DNA of 64,000 bases from an uncultured Lachnospiraceae bacterium. GTDB lineage: Bacteria; Bacillota; Clostridia; Lachnospirales; Lachnospiraceae. Shown here one piece after another: positions 46,775 to 55,990 of this stretch. Each line of letters begins with the position of its first letter. Positions within the stretch are counted from its first letter, which is position 1. Under the pieces are notes generated by a model. That model was not told where the DNA came from and searched no databases. It saw nothing but the letters and a program-made list of their open reading frames with translations. A program made the translations under genes and the position numbers. The stretch spans positions 1,065-65,064 of the forward strand of contig CAMOOH010000001.1 of NCBI GenBank assembly GCA_946621195.1, read 5' to 3'.

Positions 46775-49294
46775 TCATCCCATGTATGACATAAACCTGT
46801 TGCCGTTATTTTTGAAAAATTCCTCGAACTTTGTCCTGCTCACAGTCCGCTTTCCGACATCGGGATCGTATATCACAAGCTCCTTTAACGTGTAGCCCGC
46901 GATAACCACTCCCTTGTTGTCATATGTCATCGCGATCACAGGCTTGTTGTTGCTGACAAAGTATATGACCTGATCAAGCGTACACCCCTTGAGGTTCAGC
47001 GGATGCGCTATGTTTTCCTCCAGCATCTCATAGGGCGTCATCTTGGTCGCCGTCAGCACCTGAGGTGAGATATTGTTATCAGCGGCTACCTGGAGTATCA
47101 TCGATGCGCACGCCGCGAGATTTGACACGTTGTTTCCGGTTTTGATAAGAGTTATATCACCTATATTGTTTTGGTTGAATGCTCCGCTTCTCTCCCATAC
47201 GACCTTGTGGTCTCCGGATATGACAACTCCCATCTGCGCATCCGCCTCCTTGATCGCCTTTCTGACATCCTCATACGACTTGGTGATCCTTCCGTTCGCG
47301 GATACATAATAGTTCATGACCTTGGGCGGCTCCAGCCTGACCATGCGGTTATTTGTCCTGATGTACTCTGGCGCGGTCACCTCCTTCGGCTTTGCGGGTA
47401 TGGTAAAGGTCGACGGGAACTTTATATACCACTCGGTCAACGACTTTGTTGTAAGCCTTGATGTGTACGAGAATTTGGACGCCTGTATGGACGATCTGTT
47501 TAGTATCGAATCCTCGCCGGCATTTTTGTAGCTGTCTCCCGACTTCTTGCACAGCTTGATCGTCACCACGTTTCCGGATCCGACTGCATTTTTCACGTAG
47601 TAGCCTTCGTTCTCATAGGTTTTTACGACCTCGCCCGACGTGTCTGATATCAGAAGCTTGTAGCAGGGTATGATCCTCGTTCCGTCAGCCTGTTTCTTGA
47701 TATCATTTTTATGTACATAGCCGTACACCACATTGCTTTCTATAGTGCCCAGCAGTCTTATGTAGGAGTCCTCATCGGGCGACTGTATGAGCTGATGCTC
47801 GTCGTTTTCGAGATTGTATATGGTTATGCTTTCACCGTACCCTCTGGTGAGCGAGGATGACCATACATAACAGTTGGAATTCTCCATGGTCTTAAACGAG
47901 ATATCCTTTACATTTTGCTGGAGTACCTCGAGTCGCCCGCCTGAGATGTTGTATGCGTATACGGTATTGGCAACGGTGAAATAAAATACGTCTCTCGGAC
48001 TTACGTAGCTGTAGTTTTCAAAGTCAACACTCAGCTGTCTGTACGAGGTATCCATGGGAAGATTTACCAGCTCTTCGAGCTCTCCCTCTGTCGTATATCT
48101 GTACAGAGCGATCCCGACATCGCCCTCATAGGCGCCTCTGGGCTGATATCCGACTACACAGAAGAACAGGGCGTCGCTTTCATCGACCGCCACAAGCCTG
48201 ATATCATTTTCATTGTAGGATCTTCTCAGATAGTCTGCATCCTCACTGTATATACTGTATAGAACATGCACCGTGTTGGATGACATATCGTAAAAATAAA
48301 GCTTTCCGTTTCTCGAATAATAAAGACCCTTTCCGTCCTTTGTCGGAAGAAGCTTTCCGCTTGTTTTGTTTGTTATGCCGAGCTTCAGCTGAGAGCCCGC
48401 AACGTTGGTCATCTGCACATCGTACTCAGCCTCCATCGTTCTCTCGAAGGCGAGCAAATAGTTGCTTCCCGATGCATGTCTGACGCGATAAAACTCTTTT
48501 ATCTGATAGTTCTCCGTCCCCGACGCGGTGTTGGCGCGCACAAAATAATTGTACTGCACGCACGCCGTCTCCATATTGTATTCCTTGATGGTTATATACT
48601 CATCCGATATTATCTTCGGAGACATCCCCGCCCATGTTACAAGATCGGAGCTCGAGCCTATATTTACCCTCGCAAGCGAAGAATTCCTGTTGTTGAGATC
48701 GGGCTCAAGATACTTTGCGATCTCCTCCACCTTGCTCTTTTTGAAGGTATTATCATGAAATTCCTTTACAAATGCAAGCTTGTCATCGAGTCCCGAATCA
48801 TCCATATACAGCTTGATCCTCGTATAGTAGTGGACCTCTCTTCCGTCCGAGAGCACCCCCGAGAGATCCATGATATACTCGGTCGATGTCAGCATCGCAT
48901 AAGACAACACAAGCCTTACCTCTCTTTGTTCCGAGGTAAAGCCCTTCACTGTCTGTGTATCGTATACTTCCCCTGTTTCCTTATCTATGATCCTGTAGCC
49001 AAGCTCCGTCAGATAGGTATCAGCCTCACTTATGTGAATCGTCATGGTCTTTTTTTCATCAAGAGGGGTCATGGACTCCCTTATGACACCGACCGTGAGC
49101 GGCGCATTGTAACCATACAGAGGATTGATCGTATGTCCTCCGGTCTCGACCATAAGTATCGGAAAGGTTTCCTTGCTCAGGCTCTGCGGATCAGCCTCGA
49201 CCTCATACGAGGTCGTCATCCTCTGTCCGAAAAACAACAGCGCTCCCGCAAATACGATCAAAAGCCCGACTGCCTTATAAATGATCTTTGCCAT
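46775..49294 (-). CDS. Signal-anchored 839-aa extracytoplasmic protein with C-terminal C39-like (papain-fold) domain
   Basis: N-terminal TM anchor and an AAGGAAG SD. The central region is rich in beta-propeller-like YY/FY repeats. The C-terminus NLAACASMILQ...KPVIAMTYDNKGVVIAGY...VIYDP parallels peptidase_C39_2 blocks, but Lys sits where His is expected. Confidence 0.65.
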   Translation of the reverse strand: MAKIIYKAVGLLIVFAGALLFFGQRMTTSYEVEADPQSLSKETFPILMVETGGHTINPLYGYNAPLTVGVIRESMTPLDEKKTMTIHISEADTYLTELGYRIIDKETGEVYDTQTVKGFTSEQREVRLVLSYAMLTSTEYIMDLSGVLSDGREVHYYTRIKLYMDDSGLDDKLAFVKEFHDNTFKKSKVEEIAKYLEPDLNNRNSSLARVNIGSSSDLVTWAGMSPKIISDEYITIKEYNMETACVQYNYFVRANTASGTENYQIKEFYRVRHASGSNYLLAFERTMEAEYDVQMTNVAGSQLKLGITNKTSGKLLPTKDGKGLYYSRNGKLYFYDMSSNTVHVLYSIYSEDADYLRRSYNENDIRLVAVDESDALFFCVVGYQPRGAYEGDVGIALYRYTTEGELEELVNLPMDTSYRQLSVDFENYSYVSPRDVFYFTVANTVYAYNISGGRLEVLQQNVKDISFKTMENSNCYVWSSSLTRGYGESITIYNLENDEHQLIQSPDEDSYIRLLGTIESNVVYGYVHKNDIKKQADGTRIIPCYKLLISDTSGEVVKTYENEGYYVKNAVGSGNVVTIKLCKKSGDSYKNAGEDSILNRSSIQASKFSYTSRLTTKSLTEWYIKFPSTFTIPAKPKEVTAPEYIRTNNRMVRLEPPKVMNYYVSANGRITKSYEDVRKAIKEADAQMGVVISGDHKVVWERSGAFNQNNIGDITLIKTGNNVSNLAACASMILQVAADNNISPQVLTATKMTPYEMLEENIAHPLNLKGCTLDQVIYFVSNNKPVIAMTYDNKGVVIAGYTLKELVIYDPDVGKRTVSRTKFEEFFKNNGNRFMSYMG

Positions 49295-49305
49295 ATCCTA
49301 CTTCC

Positions 49306-50772
49306 TTACGAAAAAGCCAGCTTCTCGAATTCGTTGACCGAAAGCGGCTTAAAAAATACATAGCCCTGTATCAGGTCACAATTCATATCACGTAAAAACT
49401 CCACCTGCTCGGTTATCTCGACACCCTCCGATACCGTCTTTAGATCAAGCGCCTGCGCAAGCCTTATCACGCTCTTGATGACATCCTTCCCTCTCTTGTC
49501 ATCCTCGCTGCTCTTGAAAAATACTCTGTCGAGTTTGAGCGTGTCGACCTTCACATCCTTCAGCATATTCAGCGACGAGTAACCGCTTCCGAAATCGTCG
49601 ATGGAGCAGGTCATACCGAGCTTATGTATCCTCGACACCAAATCGTTGAGCGCATCAAGATCGTTGTAAAACAGCGACTCGGTAAGCTCTATCTCGATAG
49701 ACCCCGGCGGTATGTCATACTTCTCGTATATCGCCTCATAATACTCAAAAAAATCCGGTACCTCAAAGTGACATCTTGACAGATTTACCGAGACCGGTAT
49801 CTGTCTGTAGCCCAGTGTGTTCCATCTGTCCACCATCTTGCAGACCTCTTCGAACATAAATATATCTATATTTATAACAAAGCCGTTCTGCTCGAAAAGA
49901 GGAATAAACTCATTGGGATATATCATTCCCTCCTCGGGATCCATCCATCTTATAAGCGCTTCCGCTCCCGCGATCCTGTCATTCGCAAGGTCGACCTTGG
50001 GCTGCAGGAAGGGGATAAAGTGTCCTCTCGCCATGGCGGTGTGCATCTTCTGCTCCAGGTCGCGATCCCTGTTCATCCGCTGGCGATCCTTGTCATCATA
50101 TATACCGAGCGGCACGCGGTAGTTGTTGAACGAGATATTTTTCCTGCCGAGATTCGCCCTCTCCAGCATGGCTCCGACCTCGAGATCCTCCGCCGGGTCG
50201 ATCACGTATACTCCATAAAACATGACGATGCCGTACGGTATGCCTTCCTTGTCAGAGAGCTCGGCAAACCTGTCGGATATCTTTTTAAGCCTCTCGTCCA
50301 GCTTATCTATATCGAGATAGTGCATGAGTATGCCGAAGTTGTCCGCCATCAGACGCCCCGAGACCTCGTCCCATCCAAGCTCGCTGTCGATGATGCGCTG
50401 AATGCTTCTAAGTATTGAATCCCCCTCGGCGTCTCCGTAGGTATCGTTGATAAGCTTGAACCTGTCGATGTTTGCATGAACCATGACAAATGAATGGTTC
50501 GTGCCGACGATGTTTTTGGCAAGCCTCTCAAACTGCTTACGGTTGTTGCCCCCGGTCACATCATCCCTTCCGAACTGTCTGTATATGAGAAGATACTTGG
50601 TAAAGAGTATGGCAACAAACGCACCTGCCGCGATGATCAGCACGACCACGCGCATGTACAAGTCACGCCCCTCCAGCCAGTATAACAACAGTAATAAAAA
50701 TACCGCAGCCACCACAAGATCAGCCAGCAGCATAAAACCGATCATTTTTATCTTCTGTAAAAATACCCTCAT
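49306..50772 (-). CDS. GGDEF(degenerate, MADNF)-EAL protein, predicted c-di-GMP phosphodiesterase
   Basis: Two N-terminal TM segments, MADNF at 50335-50349, and EAL motifs EALIR, DDFGSGYSS, EGVEITEQ. Confidence 0.88.
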   Translation of the reverse strand: MRVFLQKIKMIGFMLLADLVVAAVFLLLLLYWLEGRDLYMRVVVLIIAAGAFVAILFTKYLLIYRQFGRDDVTGGNNRKQFERLAKNIVGTNHSFVMVHANIDRFKLINDTYGDAEGDSILRSIQRIIDSELGWDEVSGRLMADNFGILMHYLDIDKLDERLKKISDRFAELSDKEGIPYGIVMFYGVYVIDPAEDLEVGAMLERANLGRKNISFNNYRVPLGIYDDKDRQRMNRDRDLEQKMHTAMARGHFIPFLQPKVDLANDRIAGAEALIRWMDPEEGMIYPNEFIPLFEQNGFVINIDIFMFEEVCKMVDRWNTLGYRQIPVSVNLSRCHFEVPDFFEYYEAIYEKYDIPPGSIEIELTESLFYNDLDALNDLVSRIHKLGMTCSIDDFGSGYSSLNMLKDVKVDTLKLDRVFFKSSEDDKRGKDVIKSVIRLAQALDLKTVSEGVEITEQVEFLRDMNCDLIQGYVFFKPLSVNEFEKLAFS

Positions 50773-50790
50773 CTTACAAAAACCTCTGCC

Positions 50791-52740
50791 CTATGAATAA
50801 TAAGGATTGATCAGGCGCTTCTCAAACTCTTCCCTTGTAAGCGGTCTGTCGAACAAAAAGCCCTGCGCCATGGTACAGCCAACCCTTTTCAAAAAATCGA
50901 CCTGTTCCTCGGTCTCAACACCCTCACACAAAACATGGCGGTTGAGATCGTGGATCATACGAACGATATTCTCGACCATCTTCTCCTCCTTGGGATCAGC
51001 CTGATCCCTCAAAAATGTACGGTCGAGCTTTATCACATCCATGTCTATATCACGAAGCAGTGAAAGCGATGAATATCCTGTTCCGAAGTCATCCATCGAT
51101 GTATGGATCCCTGCCTCTCTCATCTCCGATACGAAATAAACAAGTGCGTTCAGATCCTCGTAGCCCGATGACTCGGTAAGCTCCGCCTCCAAATAGTACG
51201 GATCAGCCCCGTATTTGTCGACCACCGAGAGCACATCCTTTGCAAAATCCTTGTTGTGAAGGTGAAGCTTGGAGAAGTTCGACGAGACCCTCACGGGCTG
51301 TATCCCTCTTCTTTGCCAGTCACCTATATCCCTGCACACTCTCTCGAACACATAGAAGTCAAGCTCCTGGACCTTTCCGTCGTTTTCGAGCACCGGGATA
51401 AATGAGCCCGGCGGAACAAGCTCGCCGTTTTTGATCCATCTTACCAACGCCTCACAGCCGCAAAGCGTACGCGTTTTCAGGTTGACCTTCGGCTGATAAT
51501 AAACGACAAATTCCTCCTCGTCTATCGCCTTGTGATATCCGCTTATGATCTCCTTGCGCCTTATCATCTCATCGCGGCGCTCCTGCCTGAACCAGACGTA
51601 GTCTCCGGTTCCGGAGAGTCTGGTCTCGTCTACCGCGATAAGTCCCGCGTTGATGGCATCGTAGATCGTATCGCCGGGATTTATCTGATAGATCCCGCAC
51701 CTTGTCGTAAGAGTCAAACCCATCTTCTCTCCGACCTCTACGGGAACCTTCTCTATCTGCGATAAGAATTCATCCACGTGCTCCTTTTCGACAAGCGCTA
51801 TGAAGTTATCGCCGCCGTTTCTGGCAAGCACCTCACCCTTATTCAGTCTGTCGTTCAGATACTTTGCATAGCCTTTGAGCACGAGGTCTCCTATGAGCGA
51901 GCCGTACTCCTGGTTGATAAACTTGAAATCCTTTATCGATATCGCAAGTCCCGAATACATATCGAGTCTGTTGCGTCTTCTGCTTCTCGACATCCTCTCT
52001 CCGACACGTATCATCTGGTCGAAGTTGGCAACCCCGGTGAGAAGGTCTCTGCTTATCATCTCGTTTGATATTCTCACACAGTATGATACATTGAACAGCG
52101 CTGCCAGTACGAGTGCCGCGAGTATCATCCTTGCGATGATACGCATGAGCTCGGTATTGCTCTTCATGTCGGACTTAAGCTCCGAGATATCTCTTTGAAG
52201 TATCTCGTCCATATTTTTAACGTGCTTGTTCATCCCGTTTACTATGGGTTCGAGCTTGGTCTGCATATAGTAGTGGGCTGTCTGCTCATCACCCTCCTGA
52301 CTCAGCTCAACGACCATCTTGACATTTTTCATATAGGAGGTCATAAGGGAGAACATATCGTGGTATCCCGCCTCGTACTGAGTTCCGTGCACGTTCTCCT
52401 CAAATCTCTTCATGTTTTCCTTGAGGACGTTCTCGATCTCCCCGGCACGCTTTATCAGTTCCGATTTTCTGTCGGGCTTTTGCTCTGCCATATGATGAAA
52501 AATGATCGCCTGGTGCTCATACACGCTGACCATGACCGCATCCATCATCTCGATATCCTTGTAATCAACATCTATTATCTTGTTATAATTGTCTATAAGA
52601 TTACTCGTGTTGAGATAGGTAAGCTCTATGGTTAGGATCGAAAAAAGAGATGATATGATGGTAATAAAAGCTATCCGAAGAGATAATCTGTTCCGGCGGA
52701 ATACTATATTCTTTGCTTTCCTTGACTTAGCCTGACTCAT
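50791..52740 (-). CDS. Membrane sensor: four-helix-bundle-like extracytoplasmic domain, GGDEF(degenerate, GGDNF)-EAL
   Basis: TM1 at aa ~22-42, a ~160-aa helical loop, TM2 at aa ~200-220, GGDNF at 51802-51816, and EAL motifs EALVR, DDFGTGYSS, EGVETEEQ. The start overlaps the upstream stop (ATGA). Confidence 0.88.
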   Translation of the reverse strand: MSQAKSRKAKNIVFRRNRLSLRIAFITIISSLFSILTIELTYLNTSNLIDNYNKIIDVDYKDIEMMDAVMVSVYEHQAIIFHHMAEQKPDRKSELIKRAGEIENVLKENMKRFEENVHGTQYEAGYHDMFSLMTSYMKNVKMVVELSQEGDEQTAHYYMQTKLEPIVNGMNKHVKNMDEILQRDISELKSDMKSNTELMRIIARMILAALVLAALFNVSYCVRISNEMISRDLLTGVANFDQMIRVGERMSRSRRRNRLDMYSGLAISIKDFKFINQEYGSLIGDLVLKGYAKYLNDRLNKGEVLARNGGDNFIALVEKEHVDEFLSQIEKVPVEVGEKMGLTLTTRCGIYQINPGDTIYDAINAGLIAVDETRLSGTGDYVWFRQERRDEMIRRKEIISGYHKAIDEEEFVVYYQPKVNLKTRTLCGCEALVRWIKNGELVPPGSFIPVLENDGKVQELDFYVFERVCRDIGDWQRRGIQPVRVSSNFSKLHLHNKDFAKDVLSVVDKYGADPYYLEAELTESSGYEDLNALVYFVSEMREAGIHTSMDDFGTGYSSLSLLRDIDMDVIKLDRTFLRDQADPKEEKMVENIVRMIHDLNRHVLCEGVETEEQVDFLKRVGCTMAQGFLFDRPLTREEFEKRLINPYYS

Positions 52741-53966
52741 TCCGTGATTCCTTTCACCATCTCATCCAACAATTCCTGAAGATCCCTCTTGTCAGGATTC
52801 CCGCTTCCCAATGTAACTCCGAACTTGGACGCAGCATCCCAAAACGGCGGTGCCACTCTTTGAAGCTCTGCATACTTCGACTGCTCTCCCAAAGCCATGA
52901 CCGCTGCCGCTCCGGACACGACCTCCGAGTCCGCCACATTCAGATTGGCAGGTACCTCTCCGGTCTCCTTGAACTCCTCTATCTGATTCTCCGCCGAGGT
53001 ATAGTATTCAACAAAGGTCTCGCACCACTGCGCATGTGCCGAGTTCGCATTGATCCCGATGACCTTGTAGCCGGTATAGCTTGCCATCTGGACATCCTCG
53101 CCGCCTACCCTGTAGGTCGGGAGCTTGACCGCCGCATAGTTCACTCCCCACGTCCTCATAACCTTTTCCGCGTTCCATGCGCCGTTCACTCCGGCAACGA
53201 CCGTCCCATTTTGCACGCCCTTTATAAAATCATCATCCGCCATCGACTTGAAGCCTCGCTTTATGGAAAGCCTGCTTATCGCCTCCGCAACCTCAAGTCC
53301 CGTATGCTTGGTATCCTTTGCGTTCCAGTTACACACATTTTTCTTGCCGCTGCCATCAAGCTCAAGCGTGAGTCCCGCACCCTTAAAAAACGAATACAGG
53401 TACCAGCCGCTGCTCAGATCCATGGCAACACGCTTGTTGTCATTGCCCGCGATCTCGACCATGCGGTCAAGACTTTTGACATCCTCTGCCTTAAAAAACT
53501 TTTTATTGTAATACATAAAATATCCGTTGGCTGTCTCCGGATAAGCATACATCTTTCCGTCCCTGACGACCGATCTGTATGCCACGGAATCCTTGCCGCC
53601 AAACGGTTCAAGGTCTTTTTCGGGATCGGCACTCAGCTCATAAAGCACGCCGGCGTCCTTAAGCTCGTCAAGCTGATCATCCGCAAACGCAAAAATATCA
53701 GCCGCCCCCTCGGGGTTACTGAGTATCGTTTCTTTACACGTATCCTCATCCTCTTTGCTTATGACATACTCTATATTGACCTCATCCTCGTGAAGCTTCT
53801 TGAACGCATCCAGCGAGCTCTCCATAAGCTTAAGCTTTGCCTCGGTCGTCCAAACGGAAAGCTTTATGGTCTCACGCGACTTCCCGCACCCTGCGAGCGA
53901 ATATGCCATCAGCACGATCATAAGCAGAGCCACACATCTTTTTTTTATATCCCTTTTTGATCCCAT
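52737..53966 (-). CDS. Extracellular solute-binding lipoprotein (family 1, sugar-type), orphan
   Basis: Signal peptide with lipobox LAGC and MalE-like blocks (DIFAFADDQL, YPETANGYFMYYNKKFF). No permease or ATPase gene is adjacent. Confidence 0.82.
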   Translation of the reverse strand: MGSKRDIKKRCVALLMIVLMAYSLAGCGKSRETIKLSVWTTEAKLKLMESSLDAFKKLHEDEVNIEYVISKEDEDTCKETILSNPEGAADIFAFADDQLDELKDAGVLYELSADPEKDLEPFGGKDSVAYRSVVRDGKMYAYPETANGYFMYYNKKFFKAEDVKSLDRMVEIAGNDNKRVAMDLSSGWYLYSFFKGAGLTLELDGSGKKNVCNWNAKDTKHTGLEVAEAISRLSIKRGFKSMADDDFIKGVQNGTVVAGVNGAWNAEKVMRTWGVNYAAVKLPTYRVGGEDVQMASYTGYKVIGINANSAHAQWCETFVEYYTSAENQIEEFKETGEVPANLNVADSEVVSGAAAVMALGEQSKYAELQRVAPPFWDAASKFGVTLGSGNPDKRDLQELLDEMVKGITE

Positions 53967-54091
53967 AGTTCATCTGACCTCTCAAAATACATATAGGCAT
54001 CCGTTATTATACTTATGTCGAAACGGTCCCTTATATCGAAACAAGTTTCGCAATTTCACGAACTTTTTACACGAATAGCCCACTTATTAAT

Positions 54092-54120
54092 ATTTTACTA
54101 TCTTTTTGCTGATTTGTCAA
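54092..54120 (-). promoter_or_regulatory. Promoter TTGACA-17-TAAAAT of the SBP/GGDEF-EAL operon
   Basis: The minus strand has TTGACA (54120-54115), a 17-nt spacer and TAAAAT (54097-54092), about 120 nt upstream of the SBP ATG. Confidence 0.6.
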
Positions 54121-54181
54121 AGAAATATTTAATTTTAACGAAACTTTTCGTAAGTTGATTGAGAATCGATGATTACGGGCT

Positions 54182-55048
54182 TTACAGGCTTTTGTTTTCG
54201 TGCTCCGAAAAAATATTTGAAAGTTTTGCAAAATTCTCGAGGTCAAGCTTCTCTCCACGGACCTCGGGTGACAGTCCAGCAGCCTCTATCGCATCCCTTA
54301 TCATGTCCTTGGAAAAATCAAGCTCAGGAGAGTTTGCTATCGCATTTAAAAGTGTCTTTCTCCTCTCGCCGAATGCCGCCCTGATCAGCTTGAACATAAG
54401 TCTCTCATCCTCTGCTTCAACGTAAGGCTTATCAAGCATGGTCAGTCTTATCACCGCACTTGCCACCTTGGGTCTGGGCTTAAAGCAGTTGGGCGGAACA
54501 TTGGCTGCAAGGTAAGGTGTCGCATAGTATCTGACCGTAAGAGATATAGCGCCGCAATCCTTGTCACCGGGCTTTGCCATCATCCTTTCGGCGACCTCCT
54601 TTTGTATCATGACGGTTATGCTCTCTATAGGCGTCCTGCTTTCGAGAAGCCCCATGATGACGGGCGTCGTTATGTAGTACGGCAGATTGGCTACTACTTT
54701 GATATTCCTTCCGTCGTTGTACTTATCAGCGATCTCTTTTATGTCTTTTTTTAATATATCTCCCTCTATGATCGTAAGGTTGTCATAGTCCAATTCCCTC
54801 TCCAATATATCAACCAGATCATAATCGATCTCCACGGCAAGAACATGCCTCGCCCTCTCGCACAGGACCCTTGTCAGCGTTCCGAGTCCCGGACCTATCT
54901 CCAACACAAAATCATCCTCACAGACCCCGGCTGCATCGACTATTTTATCGAGCACCCTCTCGTCAATAAGGAAGTTTTGTCCAAACCTCTTGCGTGCATG
55001 GATATCATATTTTTTTATAAGCTGATATGTTTGATCTATTGCGTTCAT
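54182..55048 (-). CDS. rsmA: 16S rRNA (adenine1518/1519-N6)-dimethyltransferase
   Basis: FGQNFL and EIGPGLGTLT. GGAGGA lies 4 nt upstream of the ATG at 55048. Confidence 0.93.
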   Translation of the reverse strand: MNAIDQTYQLIKKYDIHARKRFGQNFLIDERVLDKIVDAAGVCEDDFVLEIGPGLGTLTRVLCERARHVLAVEIDYDLVDILERELDYDNLTIIEGDILKKDIKEIADKYNDGRNIKVVANLPYYITTPVIMGLLESRTPIESITVMIQKEVAERMMAKPGDKDCGAISLTVRYYATPYLAANVPPNCFKPRPKVASAVIRLTMLDKPYVEAEDERLMFKLIRAAFGERRKTLLNAIANSPELDFSKDMIRDAIEAAGLSPEVRGEKLDLENFAKLSNIFSEHENKSL

Positions 55049-55096
55049 TCTTCCTCCATAACAATTGAAGTAAATATGACAGGAGTCTGCCAAGAC

Positions 55097-55981
55097 CTAC
55101 AGCCGGTATACCCGCATCGCGTTCTCCGTGGTACGGTCGATGACAGTCTGCCTGTCGATTCCCTTGATGGCTGCTATGGCATCGACTACATAGGGAAGAT
55201 AAGTACTGTCATTTCTTTTGCCGCGGTACGGCTCCGGCGCCATGTAAGGACAGTCTGTCTCGAGCACTATATGCCCGAGCGGGATCACCTCCACCGTTTC
55301 CTTCAGACGGCGGCTGTTCTTAAACGTGACCACTCCTCCTACTCCTATGTCAAAGCCCATCTTTACATATTCCACTGCCTGATCCGGCGAGTATGAATAG
55401 CAATGGATGATACCGCCGTTTATACCGGCATTTTCCTCCTTTAGTATCCGCATTGTATCCGCAGCGGCATCTCTGGAATGAATGACTATCGGGAGCGATG
55501 CTTCCTTTGCAAGAGCTATCTGATCCCGCAGCCATTTTTGCTGGGTGATATGCTCCTTATCCTCCTTTGCCCAGTGATAGTCAAGACCGATTTCCCCGAT
55601 GGCGACCAGCTTCGTTCCACGGTGACTTACAGGCGTATCGCCGTCAGCATCCCGTCCGACTTTATCAGATTTGTTTATATCATTTCTCTTCTTAAGCTCT
55701 GAGCTTATCGTATCTTTAAGCCAGTCAAGCTCCGTGCCGTCCATCCCCAACACATCGCTTGGATGGAACCCCAGTACGGCGTATAAAAAGTCATATTTTT
55801 CCGCCAGCTCCAATGTTTTTTTACAGGTGTCGACATCCACGCCTATACCCGCCGCAAGACCTATACCATGCGAATACAGACCGGAAAGAATATCTTCCCG
55901 GTCTGCATCAAAGGCTTCGTCATCATAATGTGTATGTGTATCAAATATCATACCTTTATAATCAGTCATATCCATATCCAT
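55097..55981 (-). CDS. tatD: TatD family metal-dependent hydrolase (YabD-like)
   Basis: DTHTHYD, EIGLDYHW and the HSRDA region. A ~35-aa charged insert is present. Several in-frame ATGs lie at the 5' end. Confidence 0.87.
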   Translation of the reverse strand: MDMDMTDYKGMIFDTHTHYDDEAFDADREDILSGLYSHGIGLAAGIGVDVDTCKKTLELAEKYDFLYAVLGFHPSDVLGMDGTELDWLKDTISSELKKRNDINKSDKVGRDADGDTPVSHRGTKLVAIGEIGLDYHWAKEDKEHITQQKWLRDQIALAKEASLPIVIHSRDAAADTMRILKEENAGINGGIIHCYSYSPDQAVEYVKMGFDIGVGGVVTFKNSRRLKETVEVIPLGHIVLETDCPYMAPEPYRGKRNDSTYLPYVVDAIAAIKGIDRQTVIDRTTENAMRVYRL

Positions 55982-55990
55982 TTTTACCCA

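Noticed and set aside
52860-53960. 366-aa ORF on the + strand covering almost the entire solute-binding protein gene in antisense
   Set aside because: It is fully antisense to a gene with clear family resemblance. It has no SD, and its composition (R/L/I/H/K-rich, low complexity) is typical of shadow frames. I see no recognisable motif.
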